Assembly (NCBI GenBank): GCA_965221125.1
Contig: CBDCRW010000001.1
Span: 1 to 64,000 of the forward strand
DNA from: Alphaproteobacteria bacterium
GTDB taxonomy: Bacteria > Pseudomonadota > Alphaproteobacteria > UBA828
Reading direction: 5' to 3'
Length of the DNA stretch: 64,000 bases
Within the stretch, counting starts at the first letter, position 1; every line of letters begins with the position of its first letter. A program made the translations under genes and the position numbers. A model generated the notes under the pieces. That model saw only the letters and a program-made list of their open reading frames with translations. It made no database searches and was not told the origin of the DNA. Positions 26,421 through 36,442 of the stretch are shown here, in pieces.

Positions 26421-29400
26421 CGACCTCTCCTTTCCGTGGCGTTGCCGCCGGCGAAGTACGCCAGCGCGAGCCGGGCGGCGTCCTGGCCTACGCGCTCGCC
26501 GATCAGACGGCCGGGGATGTCGTCGGCCGGCGGGTGGATACCGCCCCAGATGCGCGACAGGCTGCACTGGTCGGCGGCGTCGCGGTAGGTCGCCCATTGC
26601 AGGGTCATGTCGACCGAGGGCCCGCGCTCGAACACCAGAAAGTCGTTCGCCGGAACCGGGAAGGCGCTCATGCCGCCGGGGAAGAAGGCATCGCCGGTGA
26701 GCGCGGTCAGCACCTCCGCCGCCGCCCTCGAATACGTGGAATGGCCGGAGACGTAGCCGGCGAAGGGCGGGGTGACGAAAGAGGGCCGCTGGTAGGGCCA
26801 CCAGTTCTCGGCCAGGATCCAGCCGACGCCGGCCGCGTCGGTCGCGGGATCGTCGACGAAGTCCGGCCCGCGCCACGCGCGCACCTTGATCTTGCCGGCG
26901 TGCGCGCCGTCCTCGCCCGCCAGCGGGTCGCCGGGGCCGACCAGCTCGATGAGGCCGGGAGCAAGCGGGATGCCGTCCGGCGACCATGAGGGCAGCGCCG
27001 GGTCGCTCGACTGGCCGCGCCCCGCCATGAACCTGAGCGCCGAGATCGGCCTGATGTAGTCGTACCAGCCCTTGATCGCCCACGAGGCGATGGCGGCGTC
27101 GTGCATCGCGCCGCCGAGCGCGAAGTAGGTCTTCACGTCCCATTCCAGCGGGTCGAGCACCAGCCCCGCGCCGCCCAGCCGCCTGACCAGCGCCGGATGG
27201 TCGCTCACCGCATTCAGGATCACGAACCAGTGGCCGGGCGGGGTCTCGGAATCCGGCCCGTCCGCCCAGAACTCGGCGAGCACGCGGGTGTAGTCGCCGA
27301 GCCGCACGATCTGGGGCGCGTAGGGTGCGCCGGTGGCGGGATTGATCGCATGGCCGGGGCCGTGCGGGTCGCCGTCGTAGAAGGCAGGGTAGTCCTCCAG
27401 TCGGCGTGGCAAGGCCTGAATGTTGCCGATGCCCGACGGCGCGATGTCGATGAGCACGCCGTCATCGGGCGAGAGCGCGGCCGACCAGCGGGCGACCAGC
27501 GCGAAGCCCCACTTGTAGTGCTCGGCGTGCGGCCCCCGCAGCGTCGGCGGCGGGCCGGGGTCGTAGTAGACGAGCCAGTCGGTGTTGTCCCGGCGATGGA
27601 TCGCGAGGTCGTCCCCAGCGAGCGCGAAGGGCGTGACCAGGCCCCATTCCGGCGTCACGAACGCGGGAATGTCGTCCTCCAGGATGCCCGACTGGCCGAC
27701 GAACACCGGCAAATCGAGGGGTTGCCAGCGGTCGGGGTCGACGAGTGCGGGATTGCCCGGTTCGGCGGGCTCCAGCGCCTCGTTGACCGGGCGATAGGCG
27801 AGGCTCGCGTAGTCGTCGGCCTCGTTCGATCCGTCCTCGAGACCGCGCGCGATGTAGAACCGCGCGATGCAGGCGCCGAGCGCCGCCGCCGGCTCGACAG
27901 CCTCGCCGCTGCCCGTATCGAAGCCGAGCGCGGCCATCAGCGTGTCCGCGTTGCGCAGCGTCGAGGCCGCGCCCGGCGATTTCTGAAAACGGTGGCGGAC
28001 GAGGCGCCAGGCGGCGTGGCTGATCGCCTCTGCCTGCGCGTGTCTCAGGTCGCTGTCCGCCGGCGGGGCCGCGGCCGGGCAGGGGGCACCGCTCTCGCCG
28101 AAGTGGTACGGGGATGCCGCGTCCGACCACGCGGCCCAGGCGTCGTACATCGCGGCCGAGAGGTGGAAGAGGTTGCGGGCATGGACCGTGGGGCGGGCGA
28201 AGTCGTCGCGGATCGCCTGCAGCAGCACCTCCATCCAGCGCCGCGCCACGGAGGCCTCCGCCCGCGCCGGGCCGGGCAGGTAGTGGGCGAACACGCTCGC
28301 GGGCCCGGCCGGCATGGCGAAGGTCGTGACCGGCGCGCGCGCATCGGCGAAGGCGCCGCCGCCCTCGGCGCTCCAGTGGCTGAAGCGGTAGTGGCCGCGC
28401 GCCGGCTCGGCCCTGATGGCGGCGCTCTCGCCTGCGCCGTAATGGCCGGCGCCGGTGCCGCGCGCGACGCGCAGCAGATGACCTTCGGGCTCCGCCTGGT
28501 AGACGGTGATGCGCCGGTCGGCGGCGATGGTCCCGAGCCGGGTGACCTCGCTGCCTGGGCCGGGCCAGCGCACCTCGACGGACTGCGCGGCTCGGTTGGA
28601 GCCCAGGCCGAAGTGCAGCGTCGCCGGCGCTTGGGAGAGGTAGGCGGTCCCGAGCCGCACCTCCTGCACTTGATCGCCCGATGCCGTCCGCACCGTGACC
28701 CGCGCGCCGACGGCGTCCGGGTTGGCGTGCCGGCCCGCGAGGTCGATGGCAAGCCAGTGGTGGCGCCGCTCGAAGACGTTGCGGTAGACGGTGGGCGCCG
28801 CGCCGTGGTTGGCGATGAGGATGTCCACCCGGCCGTCGCCGTCGTAGTCCGCGCAGACGACGCCCCGGCCCTGGCCGGTGTGCCGCCCGCCCAGTTCTGC
28901 CGCCCGTTCCGTGAAGGTGCCGTCGCCGCCCGCCATGAAGAGCCGCGACGGGTCCTCGGGGAACGCGGCGATCTCCCGCTCCTCGCCGTCCGCCTCCTCG
29001 ACGTACTCGCCGAACCAGCCGTTGGCGACAAACAAATCCTGGTGGCCGTCGTTGTCGAAGTCGGCGAGGCAGGTGCCCCAGCCGCCGTCACGCACGCCGG
29101 CCGCGTCCGTTGCGTCCTCGAACACGCCGTCGCCCCGATTGCGGTAGAGCCGGTTGCCCGTGGGGCCGAAGCGAGAGCCGCCGTCCGCGTCGTGGATGCT
29201 GGCGACGAACCAGTCCATGTCCCCGTCGAGGTCGTAGTCCCCCACCGCGGCGCCCATGCCGTTCTCGTCGGCGATGGCGTCGCCGGTGATGTCGGTGAAG
29301 CTACCGGCGTCGTTGCGCAGCACCTGGCTCGCGTCGAAGTCCCCTGCCAGCAGGATGTCGGGGTCGCCGTCGCCGTCGATGTCGGCGAAGGTCGGCGTGA

Positions 29401-30133
29401 AGGAGAACTCGCGCCTCTCGCCCGTGCGGGGGACCACACCGGGGCGGATCGGCACAAGGTGGCTCACGTCCTCGTAGCGGCCCTTGCCGTCGTTGCGCCA
29501 GAGATAGCGGGCGGGCGGCCTGATCCCGTTCCAGGGCAGGTTCCAGTGGGCGAGGAAGGGGTCGAGGTCGCCGTCGCCGTCATGGTCGGCGGCGGCCATC
29601 GAGTAGACGGAGCGGTCGCTTCCGCTGCCGAACGGGGCGGGCATTTCCGTGAATTGCCCGCTGCCGTCGTTGCGGAACGCCTGCGTTCCCTCCGCGTGGA
29701 TCGAGAGGAAGTCCGGCACGCCGTCGTCGTCGAGGTCGATGAAGTAGCCGGCCCGGTCCATCGCCGCCGGCGCGATGCCGCCGTTCTCGCCGCTGCGGAC
29801 GAAGCGGCGGCCGTTCCAGCTGAAGAGCCGGCCGGTCTCGCCCGCGCCGTGGGCGACGTAGAGCTCGGGCCAGCCGTCGCCGTCGATATCGGCAAGGGCG
29901 AGGCCGCCGCCCTCCCGGCCTCCCTCGCGCAATTCCGCAGCGTCTTCCTCGTCGCCCGTCTCGACGCGGTAGCTCAGGCCGACCGTCTCGGTCACGTCGA
30001 CGAAGCCGGTGCGGGCATCCGTGGCCGGAGACTCCGGATCGGTGCCGCCGGCCGGCCCGGCTGCCGGCAACAGGCCGATGAGGCAGGCAAGAACCGCCGA
30101 GACGCGCACGCCGTGCAAAGGGGATATCGCCAT
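26417..30133 (-). CDS. secreted FG-GAP/CRTAC1-like + ASPIC/UnbV + vanadium-dependent haloperoxidase-like (PAP2 superfamily) fusion protein
   Basis: signal peptide; seven DxDxDG Ca-binding motifs; NPDAVGARV...LHFGLG; C-terminal KGWYDYIRP, YVSGHS, SRIWGGIH. Confidence 0.8.
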   Translation of the reverse strand: MAISPLHGVRVSAVLACLIGLLPAAGPAGGTDPESPATDARTGFVDVTETVGLSYRVETGDEEDAAELREGGREGGGLALADIDGDGWPELYVAHGAGETGRLFSWNGRRFVRSGENGGIAPAAMDRAGYFIDLDDDGVPDFLSIHAEGTQAFRNDGSGQFTEMPAPFGSGSDRSVYSMAAADHDGDGDLDPFLAHWNLPWNGIRPPARYLWRNDGKGRYEDVSHLVPIRPGVVPRTGERREFSFTPTFADIDGDGDPDILLAGDFDASQVLRNDAGSFTDITGDAIADENGMGAAVGDYDLDGDMDWFVASIHDADGGSRFGPTGNRLYRNRGDGVFEDATDAAGVRDGGWGTCLADFDNDGHQDLFVANGWFGEYVEEADGEEREIAAFPEDPSRLFMAGGDGTFTERAAELGGRHTGQGRGVVCADYDGDGRVDILIANHGAAPTVYRNVFERRHHWLAIDLAGRHANPDAVGARVTVRTASGDQVQEVRLGTAYLSQAPATLHFGLGSNRAAQSVEVRWPGPGSEVTRLGTIAADRRITVYQAEPEGHLLRVARGTGAGHYGAGESAAIRAEPARGHYRFSHWSAEGGGAFADARAPVTTFAMPAGPASVFAHYLPGPARAEASVARRWMEVLLQAIRDDFARPTVHARNLFHLSAAMYDAWAAWSDAASPYHFGESGAPCPAAAPPADSDLRHAQAEAISHAAWRLVRHRFQKSPGAASTLRNADTLMAALGFDTGSGEAVEPAAALGACIARFYIARGLEDGSNEADDYASLAYRPVNEALEPAEPGNPALVDPDRWQPLDLPVFVGQSGILEDDIPAFVTPEWGLVTPFALAGDDLAIHRRDNTDWLVYYDPGPPPTLRGPHAEHYKWGFALVARWSAALSPDDGVLIDIAPSGIGNIQALPRRLEDYPAFYDGDPHGPGHAINPATGAPYAPQIVRLGDYTRVLAEFWADGPDSETPPGHWFVILNAVSDHPALVRRLGGAGLVLDPLEWDVKTYFALGGAMHDAAIASWAIKGWYDYIRPISALRFMAGRGQSSDPALPSWSPDGIPLAPGLIELVGPGDPLAGEDGAHAGKIKVRAWRGPDFVDDPATDAAGVGWILAENWWPYQRPSFVTPPFAGYVSGHSTYSRAAAEVLTALTGDAFFPGGMSAFPVPANDFLVFERGPSVDMTLQWATYRDAADQCSLSRIWGGIHPPADDIPGRLIGERVGQDAARLALAYFAGGNATERRGR

Positions 30134-30289
30134 CCTGCCGCCGCCGTCAGAGACTCGCCCGCTCTATTACCAAATCTCCGGCATCAACGAAGCAGGGCAC
30201 GCCGCCGCTAGCGCGCGGTTGCCTCCCCGCGACGCTTGGTGAATTGTCCCCGCAACGCAACCGCCGGACGCACGAAGGGGACTGAGCCT

Positions 30290-31378
30290 GTGCCGACAAT
30301 CGACAAGCTGGAGATCGAACTGTTCCGCCTGCCGCTGCCGGTGCCGATGGGGGCCGCAGCCGCCGGCGTGATGACCGCCTTCGACATGGTAACGGCGCGG
30401 ATCACGGACAGCGACGGTGCAGCGGGCATGGGCTACACCGTGATGCACGAGGGCCAGGGCGGCCCCATCGCGGCGCTCTGCGACGGGACCTTCCGGCCGA
30501 GCGTCGAAGGCCGCGACCCGGACCTGATCGAGACCATCTGGCGGGACATCTACAGGCGCCACCACTATGCCGGCCGGGGCGGGCCCGTGGGCTTCGCGAT
30601 GGCGGCGGTGGATGTCGCGCTCTGGGACCTCAAGGGCAACCGGCTCGGCACGCCGCTCTGGCGGCTGCTCGGCGGCGCGAATCCCTCGGTCAGGGCCTAT
30701 GCCGGCAACATCGACCTGAACTTCCCCGTGGACAAGCTGCTGGACGGCGGCATGGCGAGCGTCGAGCAGGGCTTCCGCTCGGTCAAGATGCGGCTCGGCC
30801 GCCCGACCATCGCCGAGGACATCGCCCGCGTCGACGCCATGCGCACCCGTCTGCCCGACGACATCGAGCTGATGGCGGACGCGAACGAGGCGTGGCGGGT
30901 GGACCAGGCGGCGCGCGCCATGACGCTGCTTGAGCCCTTCGACCTGGTCTGGCTTGAGGAACCCATCGCGCCCGACAACACCGCCGGCTACGCGCACCTG
31001 CGCTCGCTCGGCAAGGTGCCGCTTGCGGCGGGCGAGAACCACCACACGCTCGCCGAGTTCGCGGCGCTGATCGCAGCCGGCGGCGTCGATTTCCCCGAGC
31101 CCGACCTCACCACCTGCGGCGGCATCACGCCCTTCATGAAGATCGCGCATCTCGCGGAAGCCCACGGCCTGCCGGTGATGAGCCACGGCGCGCACGACCT
31201 CCACATCCATCTGCTGGCGGCGGCCCCCAACGCGGCCTACCTGGAGTGGCATGCCTTCGGCACGGAGCGGTTCATGGCGGACCCGCTGACGGTGAAGGAC
31301 GGCCATGCGCGCGCGCCGGACCGGCCGGGCCACGGCATCGCCTTCGACTGGCAGGCCCTCGCCGCCTACCGGCAATGA
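30290..31378 (+). CDS. mandelate racemase/muconate lactonizing enzyme (enolase superfamily)
   Basis: AVDVALWDL, PLWRLLGG, KMR, DANE, EEP, GEN metal ligands, SHG. Confidence 0.88.
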   Translation: MPTIDKLEIELFRLPLPVPMGAAAAGVMTAFDMVTARITDSDGAAGMGYTVMHEGQGGPIAALCDGTFRPSVEGRDPDLIETIWRDIYRRHHYAGRGGPVGFAMAAVDVALWDLKGNRLGTPLWRLLGGANPSVRAYAGNIDLNFPVDKLLDGGMASVEQGFRSVKMRLGRPTIAEDIARVDAMRTRLPDDIELMADANEAWRVDQAARAMTLLEPFDLVWLEEPIAPDNTAGYAHLRSLGKVPLAAGENHHTLAEFAALIAAGGVDFPEPDLTTCGGITPFMKIAHLAEAHGLPVMSHGAHDLHIHLLAAAPNAAYLEWHAFGTERFMADPLTVKDGHARAPDRPGHGIAFDWQALAAYRQ

Positions 31379-31420
31379 CGGCAATAGAGTGATGGGTTGT
31401 GGGTTCGGGGCGAGGTCGTC

Positions 31421-32632
31421 ATGCGTGGCAGTGAGGACAAGCCGCTTCCGCGCCTTGCCAACCGGGCCGCCAGAAAACTGTTCCTGGAGCGTCACGGTCT
31501 GGGGCGGCCGCCGCAGGGAGAAGATCTCACGGGGCTGATCGAGCGGCTGGGCTTCGTCCAGATCGACAGCATCGCGACGGTCGAGCGCGCCCACCACATG
31601 ATCCTGGCCTCCCGGCGCAGGAGCTACCGTCCGCAACAGCTCGACGATCTGCTGGAACGCCGGCGCAAGCTGTTCGAGCATTGGACCCACGATGCGTCGG
31701 TCATCCCCATGTCGTTCTATCCCTATTGGCGGCTGCGCTTCCGCCGCGACGCCGACATGCTGCGCGCGCGCTGGCGGAAGTGGCGCGGGGCAGGGTTCGA
31801 GGAGCGCTTCGACGAGGTGCTGGAGCGTATCCGCGACGGCGGTCCCGTCATGGCGCGCGAATTCGGCGCCGGCCGGCGGCGCGACGCAGCCGCCTGGTGG
31901 GACTGGAATCCGTCGAAGACGGCGCTTGAATTCCTCTGGCGCACCGGCGCGCTCGCCATCGACCGGCGCGAGGGCTTCCAGAAGGTTTTTGAGCTGGCCG
32001 ACCGCGTCATCCCGGCCTCCGTCCGCGCCGCCGTGCCGGACGAGCGGGAGACGCTGGACTGGGCCTGCGCGAGCGCTCTCGACCGGCTCGGCTTCGCCTC
32101 CGCACGGGAGATCGCGGCCTTCTGGGACACGGCGTCCCTCGACGAGGCGCGCTCCTGGTGCGCCGCCCGCGACGCCGGCGAGCTAGTCGAGGTGGCGGTG
32201 GAAGGCGCGCGGCCCGGCGAGGTCCGCCATCTCTTCGCGCGCCCGGACGCATGCGAGCAGGCCGAACGGGCGCCGGAGCCGCCCGCCCGTGTGCGCGTGC
32301 TCAGCCCCTTCGACCCGCTGCTGCGCGACCGCAAGCGCGCCGAATGGCTGTTCGGCTTCCGCTATCGCATCGAGATCTACGTGGCGGAGAAGAAGCGCGA
32401 ATACGGCTACTACGTCTTCCCGCTGCTGGAGGGCGACCGGCTGATCGGGCGCATCGACATGCGCCGGCGCGAGGGCCGCCTCTGCGTGCGCGCGCTCTGG
32501 CCCGAGCGGGGCGTGCGCCTCGGCAAGGGACGGCTCGCGCGCATCGGGCGCGAACTCGACCGCATCGCCCGCTTCTGCGGCTGCGACGGCCCGGCGTTCG
32601 AGAACGGATGGATCAGGGAGAGCCGGGAGTAG
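31421..32632 (+). CDS. ycaQ: crosslink-repair DNA glycosylase YcaQ family (HTH_42)
   Basis: GFVQIDSI (QxD), FEHWTHDAS, LSPFDPL, YRIEIY, YGYYVFPLL. Confidence 0.82.
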   Translation: MRGSEDKPLPRLANRAARKLFLERHGLGRPPQGEDLTGLIERLGFVQIDSIATVERAHHMILASRRRSYRPQQLDDLLERRRKLFEHWTHDASVIPMSFYPYWRLRFRRDADMLRARWRKWRGAGFEERFDEVLERIRDGGPVMAREFGAGRRRDAAAWWDWNPSKTALEFLWRTGALAIDRREGFQKVFELADRVIPASVRAAVPDERETLDWACASALDRLGFASAREIAAFWDTASLDEARSWCAARDAGELVEVAVEGARPGEVRHLFARPDACEQAERAPEPPARVRVLSPFDPLLRDRKRAEWLFGFRYRIEIYVAEKKREYGYYVFPLLEGDRLIGRIDMRRREGRLCVRALWPERGVRLGKGRLARIGRELDRIARFCGCDGPAFENGWIRESRE

Positions 32633-32775
32633 CGCGGGCCGGCGGAGCTTCTACGAAGCCCGGTGCATGGCCGCGCGAGGCCTGACCGCCACGAACGCGG
32701 CCTTTCGCCGCAACCGCCCCTCGACCCGAAGGACACGACACGGCCGCGCGGAGAGCCCGCGCAGGCGCGGCAGAG

Positions 32776-33444
32776 TCAGCCCTGCGTGAAGGCGTCGCCG
32801 TCGAAGCGCTCGCGCGTGGCGATCTCCTCCACCAGGCGGCGCCTCAGCCTGGTGAGCTGCTTCACCGGGCGGCCGAAGGGCATGACCGCGCAGACGGCGT
32901 GATCCTCCGGTATGTTGAGCAGCGACTTGATTTCGGGCTCGTGGGCCACGGGCAGCGTCGTGATCGTGCCGCCGAACCCGTTCTGCCGGGCCGCCAGCAG
33001 CAGGCTCCAGGCGAAGGGATAGATCGAGGCGCCGCCGATCACGCCGACGCGGTCGAGGTACTGGTCGGTCGCGGCGACGACCTTGAGGTCGACGCAGACG
33101 ACCAGCACCACGGAGGACTTGATCAACGGCTCGGTCAGCATGGCCGGCGCCGGGGTCGCCTCGATCTGTTCGTCCGTGAGCTTGGTCGGAACCCACGCGC
33201 TCCAGGGGCTCTCGCCGGCGTCGATCTGCGCGCGGTAGCGCTTCGCCACCGGCACCGTCAGGTCGGAAAGCCGCTGCCTCGTCGCCATGTCGCGCACGAT
33301 GATGACCCGGTTGCCCTGGCGGTTGCCGCCGCTCGGCGAGAAGCGGGCGTTCTCGATCATCTCGTAGATCACCTCGTCGGGCAGGTGATCGTCAGTAAAA
33401 TCGCGGCAGGCGAAAGTCGTGCGCATGGCCTCGTAAAGTTCCAT
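32776..33444 (-). CDS. nitroreductase family protein
   Basis: MELYEAM...RDF, ARFSPSGGNRQ, SLLLAARQNG.G. Confidence 0.85.
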   Translation of the reverse strand: MELYEAMRTTFACRDFTDDHLPDEVIYEMIENARFSPSGGNRQGNRVIIVRDMATRQRLSDLTVPVAKRYRAQIDAGESPWSAWVPTKLTDEQIEATPAPAMLTEPLIKSSVVLVVCVDLKVVAATDQYLDRVGVIGGASIYPFAWSLLLAARQNGFGGTITTLPVAHEPEIKSLLNIPEDHAVCAVMPFGRPVKQLTRLRRRLVEEIATRERFDGDAFTQG

Positions 33445-33563
33445 CGATTCGTCCTCTCGGCGTTCAGCTAGGTCTCGGGCGCCCACGGAAATCGCCCCGG
33501 CGCGCGGCGGGACGCGGGCGGCCGCACCATATCACGCCTGCCGCGACGGCGAGCGCTTCAGCT

Positions 33564-34547
33564 TCAGGCGGCTGGGTTGCCGTTCAGCGCGTTCATTTCC
33601 CGCGCCCGGAAGCATGCGACCTGGCGCCCGGGCAGCAGCTCCTCCGCGTCCGGGTAGGCGTCGTTGCAGTCGCCGACGGCCCAGGGGCAGCGGCCGTGGA
33701 GGTGGCACCCCGGCGGCAGGTCGATGGGGCTCGGGATTTCGCCGCTGAGCAAGAAGCGCGAAAGCTGCTCGCTCGGATCGGGGTACAGCACCGAGGAGAG
33801 CAGCGCCCGGCTGTACGGGTGGAGCGGCTGTTCGAACAGCGCGTCCGAATCGCCGCGCTCCACGATCTTGCCGAGATACATGATCGCCACGCGATGGCAG
33901 ACGCGGCGCACCGCCGTCAGGTCGTGCGAGATCAGGAGGTAGGAGAGCGCCAGGTCCTCCTGCAGATCCGTCAGCAGGTCGAGGATCTCCGCCCGCACGG
34001 AGACGTCGAGCGCCGACGTGGGCTCGTCCAGCACCACGAGCTCGGGCTGCGTCGCGATGGCGCGGGCGATGCCGATGCGCTGCTGCTCGCCGGCGCTGAA
34101 CTGGTGGGGATACTTGTCCATCGAATCGGCGCCGAGGCGCACCATCTCGAGCACTTCGGCCACCCGCTCGTGACGCTGCGCCGGGGTCATGTCGCTGCCG
34201 AGGAGGATCGGCTCCTCCACGATCTTCCGGATCCGCATGCGCGGGTTGAGCGAGTCGTAGGGCTCCTGGAAGACCATCTGCACGCGCGGGCGGAGCGCAC
34301 GAAGCTGGTCGGCCGACATGGTATCGACCTGCGCGCCGTCGAAGGTGATCCGGCCCTCGGTCGGCTCGATCAGGCGCAGGATGCAGCGCCCCACCGTGGT
34401 CTTGCCGGAGCCGCTCTCGCCGACCAGGGCCAGCGTCTCGCCCCGGTCGATGTGGAACGAGACATCGTTGATCGCCTTGACGGTCCGCCGGCGGCCCACC
34501 GGGAAATGCTTCACGAGGTTGGAGACCTCGAGCAGGCGTTCCGCCAT
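33564..34547 (-). CDS. oligopeptide/dipeptide ABC ATPase (OppF/DppF-like)
   Basis: GESGSGKTT, VFQEP, DEPTSALDV, ISHDL, HPY, Cys-rich C-terminus. Confidence 0.92.
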   Translation of the reverse strand: MAERLLEVSNLVKHFPVGRRRTVKAINDVSFHIDRGETLALVGESGSGKTTVGRCILRLIEPTEGRITFDGAQVDTMSADQLRALRPRVQMVFQEPYDSLNPRMRIRKIVEEPILLGSDMTPAQRHERVAEVLEMVRLGADSMDKYPHQFSAGEQQRIGIARAIATQPELVVLDEPTSALDVSVRAEILDLLTDLQEDLALSYLLISHDLTAVRRVCHRVAIMYLGKIVERGDSDALFEQPLHPYSRALLSSVLYPDPSEQLSRFLLSGEIPSPIDLPPGCHLHGRCPWAVGDCNDAYPDAEELLPGRQVACFRAREMNALNGNPAA

Positions 34548-35527
34548 CAGGCCTGCACCTCGCCCCGCGCCACCTCGCCGCGCCGGAAACAGCGCGCGGC
34601 GTGGCCGTCGTCGACCGGCTCCAGCGCCGGCGCAGACTGCTCGCAGTCCGCGATCGCCACGGGGCAGCGCGGCGCATAAGCGCAGCCTTGCGTCGCGGCG
34701 GACCGCGCCTCCACGGTCGCAGCGGCGGCACGCCGGTCATCCCGCGCCGCGCGCGCGGCCCGCAGCAGGTGACGGCTGTAGGGATGGGCGGCGGCGCCGT
34801 AGAACACCTCGGTCTCGCCGACCTCGACGATCTGGCCGGCATACATCACCGCCACGCGCTGGCAGTAGTGGGCGACCACGCCCATGTCGCGCGAGACCAG
34901 CATCAACGACGAGCCGAATTCGTGAACCAGTTCCGCCATCAGGTCCAGGATCTGGCGGGCGATGGTCACGTCGAGCCCTGCCGTCGGCTCGTCCGCCAAC
35001 AGCAGCTTGGGCGAATGGCTCAGCGCCATGGCGATGACGACGCGCTGGCACATGCCGCCGGAAAGCTCGTGCGGGTAGGCGCGGACGCGCAGGTGCGGGT
35101 CCGGAATCCCCACCGATTCGAGCGCTTCCACGGCAAGCTCCAGCGCCTCCTTGCGGGTGATCTTGCGGTGCGCGCGGATGCCGTGCGCCAACTGCTCGCC
35201 GACGCGGACGAGGGGGTTGAGCTGCTTGCGGGGCTCCGGCGAGGTGAGCGCGATCTTGACGCCGCGAATCTGCCGCAGCTCCTCCTCCTGCTTGGCGAGC
35301 AGGTCTTCGCCGTCGAAGCGGATGCTCCCTCGCTGCACCGTCCAGGGCTCCTGCAGCAGATTGAGGATGGTGCGCACGAGGACCGTCTTGCCGGCGCCGG
35401 ATTCGCCTACGATGCCGATGGATTCGCCCGGCTGCACGTTCAGGTCGACGCCATTGAGCACGGGAACCGACCCCGACTCCTTGTCGAAGGAAACCCTGAC
35501 GTCGTCGACGGCAAGCAACGGCTCCAC
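34547..35527 (-). CDS. oligopeptide/dipeptide ABC ATPase (OppD/DppD-like), degenerate Q- and H-loops
   Basis: GESGAGKT, YPHELSGGMCQR, ADEPT, HPY. Confidence 0.9.
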   Translation of the reverse strand: MEPLLAVDDVRVSFDKESGSVPVLNGVDLNVQPGESIGIVGESGAGKTVLVRTILNLLQEPWTVQRGSIRFDGEDLLAKQEEELRQIRGVKIALTSPEPRKQLNPLVRVGEQLAHGIRAHRKITRKEALELAVEALESVGIPDPHLRVRAYPHELSGGMCQRVVIAMALSHSPKLLLADEPTAGLDVTIARQILDLMAELVHEFGSSLMLVSRDMGVVAHYCQRVAVMYAGQIVEVGETEVFYGAAAHPYSRHLLRAARAARDDRRAAAATVEARSAATQGCAYAPRCPVAIADCEQSAPALEPVDDGHAARCFRRGEVARGEVQA

Positions 35528-35530
35528 CGA

Positions 35531-36442
35531 TCACCTCCTGTTGACGGGGTCCATGTAGTCGCGGATGCCGTCGCCCACCAGCGCGTAGCCCAGCACCGTG
35601 ATGCCGAGCGCGAGCCCAGGGAACAACGCCGTCCACCACTGGCCCGTCATCATGTTGGGCGCGCCGATGGAGATCATCGAGCCCCATTCCGGCGTCGGCT
35701 TCGGCACGCCGGCGCCGACGAAGCTCAGCGCTGCCGTCAGCAGGATGGCGAAGCCGATGCCGGGCGAGACGTTGGCGAGCGCGGGCCCGAGCGCATTGGG
35801 CATCACGTGCACGAAGGCGATCCGCGCTTCCTTGTTGCCGGCACACCGCGCCGCCTCGATGAAGGGGCGCTCCCGTACCTGAAAGACCGCACCCCGTGTC
35901 ACGCGCAGGAAGTAGGGAATGTTGAGGAAGGCGAGGGCCACGATCACGTTCTCGGTCCCCGGCCCCCGGAACCCCACCAGAGCAAGCGCGAATATGAACA
36001 CCGGGAAGGCCTGCAGGATGTCCGCGCCCCGCATGATCGCCTCGCTGGCGACCCGCGGGATGCCGCGTGCGCCGGCGTAGAAGCCCGAGACCACGCCCAA
36101 GAGCACACCGCCCACGAACGCGATCACCGTGGCCGAGAGCGCGATCGCGAGATCGATGCGGGGCGCCGAGATGACGCGCGAGAAGACGTCCATCCCGGAA
36201 ACGTCGGTGCCCATCCAGTGATCCCCCGAGGGCGGCTGGAGGCCCGCGCCGGGCAGGGCGCGTTCGGGGTGGTAGGGCGCGATGTAGGGGCCGCAGATGG
36301 CGAGGAACACGGTGGCGACGACGACGCAGAGCCCGAAGATGAAGCCCGGCCGACGCCTGGCGAAGGCGAGGAAGTTGCGGAACTCCGCCGCCGCCGCTTC
36401 CTTGCGCGACTGTGGGCCGCCGCTGTCGATGAGCGTCGTCAT
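35531..36442 (-). CDS. peptide ABC permease (OppC/DppC-like)
   Basis: HWMGTD..G.DVFSR, EAA loop FIEAARCAG, ALSFVGAG..PTPEWG. Confidence 0.92.
   Translation of the reverse strand: MTTLIDSGGPQSRKEAAAAEFRNFLAFARRRPGFIFGLCVVVATVFLAICGPYIAPYHPERALPGAGLQPPSGDHWMGTDVSGMDVFSRVISAPRIDLAIALSATVIAFVGGVLLGVVSGFYAGARGIPRVASEAIMRGADILQAFPVFIFALALVGFRGPGTENVIVALAFLNIPYFLRVTRGAVFQVRERPFIEAARCAGNKEARIAFVHVMPNALGPALANVSPGIGFAILLTAALSFVGAGVPKPTPEWGSMISIGAPNMMTGQWWTALFPGLALGITVLGYALVGDGIRDYMDPVNRR

Noticed and set aside
31421-32632. AlkZ-type self-resistance gene marking a genotoxin biosynthetic cluster with the UnbV/VHPO gene
   Set aside because: The QxD motif fits the widespread housekeeping YcaQ-like group, and no PKS or NRPS genes are nearby.
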